From Minutocellus sp. GHC0000111 (lineage: Eukaryota), in contig OZ361257.1 in the NCBI GenBank assembly GCA_977018835.1, forward strand, positions 1,798,001 to 1,862,000: a DNA stretch of 64,000 bases. The letters are read 5' to 3'. This document shows positions 32,072 through 42,582 of this stretch, piece after piece; position 1 is the stretch's first letter, and each line of letters begins with the position of its first letter. The position numbers were made by a program, and so were the translations under genes. The notes under the pieces were generated by a model. That model worked only from the letters and a program-made list of their open reading frames with translations. It made no database searches and was not told the origin of the DNA.

Positions 32072-34072
32072 ATGATAATACGATCTCCCCGCTTAATATT
32101 GGCCCTACTGGCCGTTGGTTTGTGCCAAACAAACGCAGCGGCTCCACCGTTCGACGCGGGAGGTTCGTCCTCGTCGTCGTCGGCCTCATTTTCATCGACG
32201 GCCAATGCGGACAGCTCGATAAGCAGTGCTGCTAACAATTGCAATGGAAGGCCGCCGTCGTCGTCTCGCAGAATGCACCCAGATGCTCTCGAATCGACCG
32301 CCAATCAATGCCTGTTTTCATCACCGACGACAAATGGCACACGTGAAATACCACCGGCGTCGGCAGCAGCAAGTTCAACCAATAACAATTTACCACCGCG
32401 CGTTCCTCACAATGTGGTGGCGCACGGCGGGGCGTTTGCCTCGTCTGCAAGCACGGCACCGACGTCTCCCAGCAAGGAATCACAGCAAGAGAAGCAAAAA
32501 CACGACGATGATAAATCATTCTCGTATCCTGCTCCTCAAACCAACAACGGACACACTCAAACTAGTACTAAAAATGGCGCACTGCACCCACCGCAAGCTT
32601 CCTCCCCCCATCCCGACCACCAACGAACACCCACCGAAATTGCCGCCGCCGAGGCCCTCCTCACGCAAACCGAGGGCGGGCCCCTCCGCGTCCTCTTCCT
32701 CTCGTCGGACACGGGCGGCGGGCATCGCGCCTCGGCGGAATCTCTGGCCAAGTCCTTCCAGAACCACTATCCCGGCACCACCTACGATCTGCTCGACGTG
32801 TGGACCGACCACGGCGTGTGGCCGTACTACAACCTCGTCCCGTCCTACAAACACCTGTCGGCCCATCCCAAGCAGTGGCGTCTTTTTTATCACCTGTCCA
32901 ACAATTATTTGTACGAACTCGCGTACGACTTCCACTCCTGGTTGACTTGCGAACGACGCATCCGCCGCAGAATCCGCGAGTACAACCCCGACGTCGTGGT
33001 AAGCGTCCATCCCACCATGAACAACGTCCCCCTCATCGCCACCCGCAAGATCGGTCGCAAAAATGGAAAACACATACCCTTCTTCACCGTCGTTACCGAC
33101 TTTGGTAGTGCGCACACGACGTGGTTCCAAAAGAATGTCGAAAAGATATTCGTGGCCAGTGATAGATTGGCCAAGCTGGCAAAACGACGGGGACGTATCG
33201 AAACCGACAAGCTGGTCATGAGCGGGCTGCCCATCCGGCACGACTTTGCCGTCCAAGCCGAGCGGTTGGGCGATCGCACGTCGGAGCCGGGCCGACAGTA
33301 TCAATCGGAGATGAAGGCCCAGTTGGGCTTGGACAAGACCAAGCGCACGGTGCTGGTCATGGGCGGGGGCGAGGGGGTGGGATCGTTGGCGGACATTGTC
33401 GATGGGCTGTACGCCAAGTTCCGCAGGGCGGGTGTCGATGCCACCATCTGCGTCGTTTGCGGTAGAAACGACAAGCTGAAGGAGGAACTGGCGACCAAGG
33501 ATTGGGATGCCGTGCTGCAGGAGAGCCACGTCCCCAAGAAGCGTCGACGGTTGCTCGAGGTGTTGCGTCCCCATCGCTCCAAGAGGATACAGCAGACGTT
33601 GGACCGAGTGCACCACCAGGAAGAGTTGGAGGAGGAGGCCGGAATTCATCACGCACCCGGCAAGGTGGACGTGGTGGGGTTGGGTTTCGTCACCAACATG
33701 GCCGAATACATGGTGGTGGCCGACGTGTTGGTCACCAAGGCCGGACCGGGGACCATCGCCGAGGCGGCCGCGGTGGGTCTGCCCGTGATGCTCACTTCCT
33801 TTTTACCCGGTCAGGAGGCCGGCAATGTGAATGTGGTGCTGGACGGTGGCTTCGGCGATCACTGCGAGGATCCCGATGGCATCGCCGACGAGGTCAGCTG
33901 TTGGTTGCAGGATGAGCAGTTGATGAGGGTGATGAGTCAGCAGGCTAGAGAGGTCGGCCATCCGCACGCCGCCAGCGACATTGTGCTGCAGATTGGTCAG
34001 GCCACGCACGAGGCGTTGCGACGGAACGGAGTGCAACGGGAGCAGCAGCAATCGCAATTACAACAACCGTGA
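32072..34072 (+). CDS. MGD: Monogalactosyldiacylglycerol (MGDG) synthase, GT28
   Basis: LSSDTGGGHRASAE, PDVVVSVHP, FFTVVTD, GLPIR, VLVMGGGEGVG, VVCGRN, TKAGPGTIAEA and PGQEAGNV, plus an N-terminal signal peptide. Confidence 0.96.
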   Translation: MIIRSPRLILALLAVGLCQTNAAAPPFDAGGSSSSSSASFSSTANADSSISSAANNCNGRPPSSSRRMHPDALESTANQCLFSSPTTNGTREIPPASAAASSTNNNLPPRVPHNVVAHGGAFASSASTAPTSPSKESQQEKQKHDDDKSFSYPAPQTNNGHTQTSTKNGALHPPQASSPHPDHQRTPTEIAAAEALLTQTEGGPLRVLFLSSDTGGGHRASAESLAKSFQNHYPGTTYDLLDVWTDHGVWPYYNLVPSYKHLSAHPKQWRLFYHLSNNYLYELAYDFHSWLTCERRIRRRIREYNPDVVVSVHPTMNNVPLIATRKIGRKNGKHIPFFTVVTDFGSAHTTWFQKNVEKIFVASDRLAKLAKRRGRIETDKLVMSGLPIRHDFAVQAERLGDRTSEPGRQYQSEMKAQLGLDKTKRTVLVMGGGEGVGSLADIVDGLYAKFRRAGVDATICVVCGRNDKLKEELATKDWDAVLQESHVPKKRRRLLEVLRPHRSKRIQQTLDRVHHQEELEEEAGIHHAPGKVDVVGLGFVTNMAEYMVVADVLVTKAGPGTIAEAAAVGLPVMLTSFLPGQEAGNVNVVLDGGFGDHCEDPDGIADEVSCWLQDEQLMRVMSQQAREVGHPHAASDIVLQIGQATHEALRRNGVQREQQQSQLQQP

Positions 34073-34526
34073 TTGTGATTCTCGTTTCATTTGTGCTTTC
34101 GTCCGTCCAGTTTCAACCTACATATGTGTGTCTGTACAAAAGATTTCATGGCAAAAATTATTGAGCTATCAGTCAGCTAGAGCGTCTTCCAGGTCATAGA
34201 TATAGAGCAACCAATGCTAAAGCGGAAGGGCGATTGAGATGCTTTGGAGATCATGTTCATTTTCATATGCTTTCTTAATATAAAAAAGGATACTCTTACA
34301 CCAACAACACATCCACTCTAGACTATCGTAGCTGCTACGTAGGAATAGGAATTCCTATGTGTTTTTTTCATGTGCCAAGATAGAATATCGTACATGAAAG
34401 TGCTACCGAAACAGCGACCAAACATGTCCCAGCGGAGCTCATCCATTTGATAAAGTCTTCGCGCACATATCTGGGCACCGTCATTGACCCAGAGCGTACA
34501 CATTCCTGCCTCGTTCCGGAATTGTA

Positions 34527-34910
34527 TTACTCAATACCGAGAATGGCCTTGACATCGTCCTCTGTCTTAACTTTGTTTTTGATGGGGTAGAACGGACCAC
34601 TGTCACCCTTGGCGCGCAGCTCGACATTCGGTCCCAAAGCACACTCGGCGCAGTCCGAAACGCAGCTGATAGTTTCCACTGTAACGTTATCGCCGGCTAA
34701 CTCCTCGAACAATGCCTTGGCCTTCTTGCCGCCATTTCGTGTGCAGGAGCCCCCTGTGCACACCACGACTGTTCCCTCGAAGGGCTCGGCATTCAGGGCA
34801 CTTGCACTTGTCTGCCGAGGACCAGAAATGGGCCCATTCCCCACGACAAAGGCATCGGTTGCTTGTGATGCCGCGGCGGCGACGCAGAGAACACAGGCGA
34901 CGGACTTCAT
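34527..34910 (-). CDS. Plastid-targeted thioredoxin-like [2Fe-2S] ferredoxin domain protein
   Basis: MKSVAC...TDA|FVV presequence; VCTGGSC.RNGG and C...C.LGPNV cysteine pattern. Confidence 0.85.
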   Translation of the reverse strand: MKSVACVLCVAAAASQATDAFVVGNGPISGPRQTSASALNAEPFEGTVVVCTGGSCTRNGGKKAKALFEELAGDNVTVETISCVSDCAECALGPNVELRAKGDSGPFYPIKNKVKTEDDVKAILGIE

Positions 34911-35305
34911 TTTGGGGCGGTCGTCGAAGCGAAGAACGAAAAATGAAAAAATGACATGACGTGAGCGAAGCGTCTGTCCGTCGCTCTCGAACGAGAACGA
35001 AATGACGCTCTGGCGTTTTGTACTTCCAAATGGCTTCATGAGATTTTGACTTGCTTTCGAGAACTTCTCGCGAACTTGCTTCACCATGAGAGCCTGGGGC
35101 GCAGAACGCATGGACGAAGTGTACTCCTGTCACAATAAAATAACTCCCAGCACATTGGCAAGCACTGTTGCTTATCGTTTCGTGCTCTTTCAGGCTTTGG
35201 TTATTTGAAGCACCATTCATGCTGGAAATCCACATCAACATTTGACCAAAAATTTTTAGGACTTTTCACGGTAAGCAACATTCAAGCCTCCGGCCCCACC
35301 AAACC

Positions 35306-37065
35306 ATGTCACCAGCTCAAGTTCAATCGTTGGACAATACAGCACCAAGCAGCAAACCTCACTACGATCCCGAGAGTATGCATTACGCAGGGGCCGCTGA
35401 TCCCGAAAACGAAATCGACTTTACCACCGAAGAACGCATCATATCCAACGAGAACGAGATCCAACTTCAGTTATCACGACAGCACTCTGCCAAAGATATT
35501 GATGACAGAGTGCGCAAGCGCCATCGACGCAAAGTTTGTTTCTTTGCGATTGTCAGCGTTTTCGTCGTTGCGGCAGTTTCTGCTGGAATTGCCATTGGCG
35601 TTAAAGAGAAACGACAGAGTGACAATAAATCTTCAGCAGCCAGCAATTCGGGCGTGTCATCACCGTCTCAAACATTGTACGATATGTGCCTGATATCAGC
35701 GGAATCCACCCATACCTCGCTGAACAACATAACATGCAGCAAAGATCCCGACGAGAAAAAATACGACGACGGCATCTTTTCTTACGGAACAACCGATGCA
35801 GACAATGAGAGCAAAAGTGGAGGACGATGGGCCAAGCTGGCCGATGCCATCCAAGGTGAGGCCGGTGGGGACAATTCCGGACTGGCCATTGATATGAGCT
35901 GCGATGGATCGATCGTGGCCGTCGGTGCATTGATGAATGATGCCGGTAATGCCGAGGGCACTCCCAACATTGGCCATGTTCGTGTATTTGAGCTGCAAGA
36001 AAATACCAAAACAGAAGAATTGATGTGGAAGCAGCTCGGTGAGGATATTGACGGTGCGGCTGCTCAAGATCGATTCGGCGGTCGCTCAGTCTATCGGCCG
36101 ACGGCAAACGCATTGCAATAGGTGCGATTGGGCATGACGCCAGCGATGAAACACCATCGATTGGACTGGTCCAGGTATACGATTATCGAATGGGAACCTG
36201 GATTCAGCTCACGGATGATTTGCAGGGCTCCGAGGAGGCTCAATTTTTTGGTAGGTCGGTCTCCCTGAGCGCTGATGGAATGCGTCTAGCGGTAGGATCC
36301 AGTGGTGCAGACTCCACCGCCGTGGACGGGGACGATGTTGGTATGGTGGAGATATTTGACTTGGATGAAAACAATGCTTGGCAGGCTGTTGGACAAAAGA
36401 TATATGGCGAACATGGTTCTTCGACTTATTTCGGTCGATCGGTGTCTCTTTCAGGTGACGGTAGTACTCTGGCGGTGGGTGGGTTCGGCGGAAATTATGA
36501 CAACAACGAAGACGCCGGCGTTGTTCAGGTATTCAGATGGAAGGAAGAGCTTAGCACATGGGCTCAACAGGGTCGAGATCTGCATGGGAAGGGGATTGGG
36601 GACTGGTTCGGACTCTCTGTTGCCCTCAATTACGATGGCACCAGGGTAGCCGTTGGAGCTCCCGGTGATAATAGTATGCAGCATTTGGTGCCGGGATATA
36701 CCATGGTGTTCGAGCAAACATCTACCAATGAATGGAAACAACTCGGTCAGGATCTCGAAGGAGGCTACGCTGTAAGCATTTCATTCGATGGTACCCGGGT
36801 GGCTGCAGGTAGTTACAAACATTTCGACAACGGTCTCAACAGTGGTGGTGTGCGAGTTTACAAATATCTGAGACGAAAAGGCGGTGCGCCCGCATGGGTC
36901 ACAACAGGACAGCACATAAATGGTGAAGCGCGCAGTATGTTTGGATCATCTGTCGCCATGAGTAGTAACGGGAGGAGAATGATTAGCGGTGCCCCAGCAT
37001 CTGTAGGCGTTGACGGACAGCTGCAGATTGGATCAACTCAAGTGTACGAGTGGTGTGACATGTAA
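35306..37065 (+). CDS. Type II membrane protein with FG-GAP-like beta-propeller repeats; 1-nt frameshift near 36079
   Basis: One TM segment after RKRHRRK. Repeated W.Q.G.D..G.....FG.SVSLS.DG..LAVG. 'DRFG' continues as 'SLSLSADGKRIAIGA' in the frame of ORF 36190-37065. Confidence 0.85.
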
Positions 37066-37168
37066 TGCAATGGTGTTTAGATTTAGAACAATTTGTATTT
37101 GGTAGATGACATTTATAAGATGTTAGACATATATCTTAAGATTCCACATTGAGACAATGTTTGTTTGC

Positions 37169-40100
37169 TTATTCGCCATTCATTTCCTTTTTAACCTCTT
37201 CGGCCAAAGACGACGCCTTCTTTGCAGCAGCAGCGAGAGATGAGCCGGCGGCGGCTCTCAACGAAGACGCAAACGGTGCCGCTCTCTGGAGAGACGAAGC
37301 AAGAGATGATACCGGCGCCTCTGTAGTAGCCTCAGCTGCCTGCTCTTGCTGAATTTCCTCGTTGAGCCGCTGTGCCTCCAGTTCCTTTTGACGAAGAATT
37401 TCAGCCTCCTTTGCGGCCTGTTCTTCAGCAGCGATGCGGGCTTCTTCCTCTTCCAGGGCCTTGAGCTCTGCCTCTTCAGCGGCAATACGTGCTTCCTCTT
37501 CTTCGAGAGCTTTGAGTTCTGCCTCTTCAGCGGCAAGCCGTTCCTGTTCGACACGTTCCTTTTCAGCAGCGGCTTCAGCTACAAACCGTTCCTGTTCGAG
37601 AGCGGCGGCACGTTCCTGTTCGACACGTTCCTTTTCAGCAGCGGCTTCAGCTACAAACCGTTCCTGTTCGAGAGCGGCGGCACGTTCCTGTTCGACACGT
37701 TCCTTTTCAGCAGCGGCTTCAGCTGCAAGCCGTTCCTGTTCGAGAGCGGCGACACGTTCCTGTTCGATACGTTCCTTTTCAGCAGTGGCTTCAGCTGCAA
37801 GCTGTTCCTGTTCGAGAGCGGCGGCACGTTCCTGTTCGATACGTTCCTGTTCAAGACGCTCAGCGGCCGCCTTTTCTTCTGCAATGCGTTGTTCCTCAAG
37901 ACGAGCAGCTTCCGCAGCCTCGGCGGCAAGCCTTTGTTGCTCAATACGCTCCTGTTCAAGGCGTTCGTTTTCGAGTCTTTCCTTTTCAGCGGCGGCTTCA
38001 GCAGCGATACGTTCCTGTTCAAGAGCGGCGGCACGTTCCTGTTCGAGCCTCTCCTTTTCGAGTCTCTCCTTTTCAGCGGCGGCTTCAGCGGCGATGCGTT
38101 CCTGTTCGATACGTTCCTGTTCAAGGCGTTCGTTTTCGAGTCTCTCCTTTTCAGCGGCGGCTTCAGCGGCGATGCGTTCCTGTTCGATACGTTCCTGTTC
38201 AAGGCGTTCGTTTTCGAGTCTCTCCTTTTCAGCAGCGGCTTCAGCAGCGATGCGTTCCTGTTCGATACGTTCCTGTTCAAGGCGTTCGTTTTCGAGTCTC
38301 TCCTTTTCAGCAGCGGCTTCAGCAGCGATGCGTTCCTGTTCGATACGTTCCTGTTCAAGGCGTTCGTTTTCGAGTCTCTCCTTTTCAGCAGCGGCTTCAG
38401 CAGCGATGCGTTCCTGTTCGATACGTTCCTGTTCAAGGCGTTCGTTTTCGAGTCTTTCCTTTTCAGCGGCGGCTTCAGCAGCGATACGTTCCTGTTCAAG
38501 AGCGGCGGCACGTTCCTGTTCGAGCCTCTCCTTTTCGAGTCTCTCCTTTTCAGCGGCGGCCTCAGCGGAAAGCCGTTCCTGTTGGATACGTTCCTGTTCA
38601 AGGCGAGCCGCTTCCTCAGCGGCCGCCTTCTCCTCCGCGATGCGTTGTTCCTCGAGTCTCTTGGCTTCCGCAGCTTCAGCGGCTGCCTTCTCCTCCGCGA
38701 TGCGTTGTTCCTCGAGTCTCTTGGCTTCCGCAGCTTCAGCGGCTGCCTTCTCCTCCGCGATGCGCTGTTCTTCCAGTCGTTTTGCGTCGGCGGCTGCCTC
38801 CTCCTCTGCAATGCGCTCCTCTTCCAGGCGTTTGGCTTCGGCGGCCGCTTCTCGTTCCGTAGCGCTGTTATCCTGCGGAGGAGCCTCGACCTCATCCTCC
38901 ACCGAGCTATATTTGGGAATCTTGCCCAGAAGCTTTCCAGTATCCGACCCGGCACGAACCTCCGCCTGGATCAGATAGTCGCACCATTCATTCAACAGCA
39001 CCATGCCACCGGTATCGGCATCCATCTGATCAAACACCGCCGAGGCTTCGGCATCGGTAATCTTGTGCAACTTGGTCCAGTCATAAGTCGAGACGGAGTG
39101 GTGGCCCTTCATCCACTCGTCACGGCTGATCCGCCGATCGTCGTTGGCATCGACGCCGGGCCCACCGCCATCAATGGCGGCAAAGGCATCGAGAAGATCG
39201 GCATATAGGTTGAGGTAAGCAATCATCAGTCGGAACTCCTTTTTGGTCACGTAGTCGTCATTCCCACCCTCGGCCAGACTCTTGGCGGCATCGAATGCCA
39301 GAATGTACGCCGGTCGGTACAGCTTGTAGAGCTGCTTGCCCTTGAGCTGCCGGTGCTTGGCCACCAGTGCCGTTTGGATCCAGGAATCCACCTCGGCCAG
39401 ACAGAGCATGCCGTTGCCGTTGGGGTCGGCATTCTTCCATGCCGCGGCCCGATCCTTCTTGGCATGCGGATCCTTGAGATCTACGAGGGGTTCGAAGGTG
39501 GACTGGAACAGACGGAGGTCGGCCGATGGTCCAGGTTTGCGGAATTTGGGTGCCGATGGATCGGCGACGGTGGTCTTCTTCTTGCTCTTGGTTGGTGTGG
39601 GAGTCGGAGCGGTCTTGGCTTTGGTGGGACCCTTGGCTTTTGAGGTGGACTGAGTGGTCGATGCGGGCTTGGATTTGGACTTGGCCGCAGAGGTCGGCGG
39701 CCGGCGCACCGGTTTCTTGGTGGACGTGCTCGGCGTACTTGTGGCTTTCGCTGCTGATCGGGCACCACCAGTAGGCTTCGCCTTGTCAGTTGTGGGTGTA
39801 ATTGGTGACATGAAATGGGGAACACCGCCCTTCTTCTTGGCCTTGGCCGGAGTCGGTGCCTTCTTGGACAGATCGACATCCATCTCCTTACCGATATCGG
39901 TCTTGCCCTCGATCTCCTTCGCGATGAGGTACGCACAGAACTCGTCCAGCAGCACAATGCCACCGCCGTTGGCATCCATCTTGGCAAATACATCGGCCAC
40001 ACCGGCAGCATCCTTGGCACCCTTTAATCCCACAAATCCATATTCCGCAATGGACTTGGAGGCCGCATCTTCCAGCTCCTGGGGGGTGATGCGCCGATCA

Positions 40101-40537
40101 TCGTTGGCGTCGACACCGGCGCCACCACCGTCGACAATGGCAAAGCAATCCAACGCCAGCACATGGAAGAGTAGATTAACGAAAAACAGTCGAAATTCTT
40201 TTTTGGTCAGATAGTCATCAGAAGTAGTATTGGCCGTGGCCTGGTGAGTCGGTGCCAGGGACTTGGATCTATTGAATGCCAGCAAATACGCCGGTCGGTA
40301 CTCTCGGTGGAGCGCCGCGCCTTTGTCGTCGCCATGATCAACCTTGAGCTTTTCTAAAATGAAGGCATCGATCTCCGCCAGAGAAATGTACGAGTTGCCG
40401 TTCGGGTCGGCCTGGGACCAGGAGGAGGTCCGGGCTGCCAGGCCGTCCTTGGTTTTGGACGAGAGGGCCGCAAAGCATTGATGGAAGAGGGCGGCGTTGG
40501 ACGTCGTGCCGACGAGGGTTGGAATCGGTGGGCTCAT
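37169..40537 (-). CDS. EF-hand protein (two calflagin/flagellar calcium-binding-like modules) with a long E/R/A/K tandem-repeat helical tail
   Basis: Each module has DPNGN...[21 protein letters not shown]...E and DA..GG.VLL.E. The modules are joined by a K/P/T/S-rich linker and followed by a ~500-aa repetitive tail. Confidence 0.9.
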   Translation of the reverse strand: MSPPIPTLVGTTSNAALFHQCFAALSSKTKDGLAARTSSWSQADPNGNSYISLAEIDAFILEKLKVDHGDDKGAALHREYRPAYLLAFNRSKSLAPTHQATANTTSDDYLTKKEFRLFFVNLLFHVLALDCFAIVDGGGAGVDANDDRRITPQELEDAASKSIAEYGFVGLKGAKDAAGVADVFAKMDANGGGIVLLDEFCAYLIAKEIEGKTDIGKEMDVDLSKKAPTPAKAKKKGGVPHFMSPITPTTDKAKPTGGARSAAKATSTPSTSTKKPVRRPPTSAAKSKSKPASTTQSTSKAKGPTKAKTAPTPTPTKSKKKTTVADPSAPKFRKPGPSADLRLFQSTFEPLVDLKDPHAKKDRAAAWKNADPNGNGMLCLAEVDSWIQTALVAKHRQLKGKQLYKLYRPAYILAFDAAKSLAEGGNDDYVTKKEFRLMIAYLNLYADLLDAFAAIDGGGPGVDANDDRRISRDEWMKGHHSVSTYDWTKLHKITDAEASAVFDQMDADTGGMVLLNEWCDYLIQAEVRAGSDTGKLLGKIPKYSSVEDEVEAPPQDNSATEREAAAEAKRLEEERIAEEEAAADAKRLEEQRIAEEKAAAEAAEAKRLEEQRIAEEKAAAEAAEAKRLEEQRIAEEKAAAEEAARLEQERIQQERLSAEAAAEKERLEKERLEQERAAALEQERIAAEAAAEKERLENERLEQERIEQERIAAEAAAEKERLENERLEQERIEQERIAAEAAAEKERLENERLEQERIEQERIAAEAAAEKERLENERLEQERIEQERIAAEAAAEKERLENERLEQERIEQERIAAEAAAEKERLEKERLEQERAAALEQERIAAEAAAEKERLENERLEQERIEQQRLAAEAAEAARLEEQRIAEEKAAAERLEQERIEQERAAALEQEQLAAEATAEKERIEQERVAALEQERLAAEAAAEKERVEQERAAALEQERFVAEAAAEKERVEQERAAALEQERFVAEAAAEKERVEQERLAAEEAELKALEEEEARIAAEEAELKALEEEEARIAAEEQAAKEAEILRQKELEAQRLNEEIQQEQAAEATTEAPVSSLASSLQRAAPFASSLRAAAGSSLAAAAKKASSLAEEVKKEMNGE
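37420..38830 (-). repeat. Coding tandem repeats with 78-, 69- and 60-bp units
   Basis: Five near-perfect 78-bp units ([26 protein letters not shown]) at ~38080-38470, 60-bp units at ~38610-38790 and 69-bp units at ~37540-37830. Confidence 0.95.
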
Positions 40538-41069
40538 GATGGCAGATGTTTCAATATGATAGATTAAGATCTGTGATATGTGTGTGTGTATTCGTTTCAA
40601 TTCTTGGGTCTCTCAATTGCGTTATGCGAAGCTCGGCAATAAATATTTGTGCGGCTCACAACCCTTCGGAGTGTTGCTGTCCGGATGAGAGATTCAAATC
40701 TCAGCGGGACAAGACTCTGAACCCAACAAGGAACACCTGTATCAGCGGTTGATAATAGATGCTGCAGATAACCCCACAATCTCCGGAAGTCGAGTCAAGG
40801 AGCGGCAAGATACGCCAGTTGACAGCCACTCGCTGAAAATAAAAATGAGCACGTTTTGGAACAATTGCCTGCAGAAACGCGTCGCAACACATCTTGTGTC
40901 GGTTTTCAAAAGTACAAAAATACCAGTTCTTGAATTGTTTGCGCCACATCGCCTTCGTTGGAATTCTCGATGCCTGACTTCGACAAAAGAACAAGGCAGC
41001 AAACTCGACGCATAAAAGCAGGAAAGGAGAACGCCGCAACCTTTCTTATTGTCGAATTACTTGAACAGA

Positions 41070-42413
41070 ATGATTGGAAGCAGGCGAGCCCTCGCCTCTC
41101 TTACCAGGCGAGCCACCGCCTCGCCTTTGGCTCCTTCCAAGGCAAGCACAAGGATACCTTCTTGTGCTCGAAACTTGGCCACCCTGCAAAAGATTCACGA
41201 ACCACTCTATCCCGTTGTGCCCGCCTCGGACTTTGGGGAATTCGAGGAATACTCCGTGATTTTTACCAACCGGTCGCTCAATTTGATGTCCGAGCCATTC
41301 CAGACGGTCGTGCGTGATCTCAACACCGTACTAAAGAAAACGTACAACGCCGACAAGGTGGCCATCATCCCCGGCAGCGGCACCTTTGGCATGGAGGCGG
41401 TCATGCGTCAGTTCGCGCGGGATGAGCACGTCATGGTCATTCGGAACGGCTGGTTCTCCTTCCGCTGGACCGAAATTGCCGACATGGGAGGTGAAAATGG
41501 CATTCCGAAGAGTCACACGGTCCTCAAGGCCCAGCCGACGCCCGTCGATGATAATGGCAGTTGTCCTCACATGCATTATGCGCCCTACCCCATTGACGAG
41601 GTGATCCAAAAAATTCACGAAGAACGACCCGCCGTACTGTTCGCACCGCACGTGGAAACCTCCACGGGCATGATTCTCTCCGACGACTACATTCGCAAGG
41701 CCTCCGCAGCCATGCACGAGATCGGCGGCCTATTCGTCCTGGATTGCATCGCCTCGGGCACCGTCTGGGCCGACATGAAAGATCTCGGCGTCGACGTCGT
41801 CATCTCGGCACCCCAAAAGGGATGGACGGGACCGGCGTGCGCGGCACTGGTCATGATGTCGGACCGGGCCGCCGAGAAGATGGAAACCACCGAGGAAACA
41901 TCCTTTTCTCTCAGCTTGAAGCGATGGTCAAGTATCATGCAGCTGTACGAGCGGGGTGGGTTTGGCTATCACACAACCATGCCCACCGATGCCCTACGAG
42001 ATTTCCACGAGGTGACCGTCGAGACCATGCGATATGGCATGCCCGAACTCAAGGCAGCTCAAATGGAATTGGGCAAGACGGCCAGAGACCTTTTGGACTC
42101 GCGTGGGTTGACCAGTGTGGCCGCACCTGGGGCTCAGGCTCCGGGTGTGTTGGTTTACTATTCACCCTTGGGAGTTGAGAATCCGGTCATGATGAACCGA
42201 TTCAAGGACCATGGATTGCAGATTGCTATGGGAGTCCCGTGGAGAATCGACGAAGGACAGGGCGTCCAGACATTCCGTCTTGGTCTTTTTGGTTTGGACA
42301 AAATGGCGGATATTTCCGGAACGGTTGGAAAATTGGAGAAAGCGCTGGATGCCGTCCTTCTTGAGGGCGGTCACGAGATTCCTGCTCCGGTCGATAAGAC
42401 TGCGGCGGCTTAG
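41070..42413 (+). CDS. Class V PLP aminotransferase (serine-pyruvate/alanine-glyoxylate type), probably mitochondrial
   Basis: IIPGSGTFGMEA, HVETSTG, VLDCIAS, SAPQKG (PLP lysine), YHTTMP and FRLGLFG; R/S/A-rich presequence. Confidence 0.93.
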   Translation: MIGSRRALASLTRRATASPLAPSKASTRIPSCARNLATLQKIHEPLYPVVPASDFGEFEEYSVIFTNRSLNLMSEPFQTVVRDLNTVLKKTYNADKVAIIPGSGTFGMEAVMRQFARDEHVMVIRNGWFSFRWTEIADMGGENGIPKSHTVLKAQPTPVDDNGSCPHMHYAPYPIDEVIQKIHEERPAVLFAPHVETSTGMILSDDYIRKASAAMHEIGGLFVLDCIASGTVWADMKDLGVDVVISAPQKGWTGPACAALVMMSDRAAEKMETTEETSFSLSLKRWSSIMQLYERGGFGYHTTMPTDALRDFHEVTVETMRYGMPELKAAQMELGKTARDLLDSRGLTSVAAPGAQAPGVLVYYSPLGVENPVMMNRFKDHGLQIAMGVPWRIDEGQGVQTFRLGLFGLDKMADISGTVGKLEKALDAVLLEGGHEIPAPVDKTAAA

Positions 42414-42582
42414 TGGTTGCATCTATTGTGACATATTTTGCAAGTTTTGGACAGAACAAACGAGAAGAAAAAACTTCTACCGAGGATACATATACTTTTG
42501 CACATAGAGATGTAATTTTTTCAAGTTCGTGTAAATTTCTAGATATATTTTTACCATATCCTAAGCGTAGATAGCTAGCATT

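Noticed and set aside
37346..39208. Long plus-strand ORFs (620 and 514 aa) and the alternative minus-frame ORF (434 aa)
   Set aside because: Shadow frames of the stop-poor tandem repeat in the EF-hand gene.
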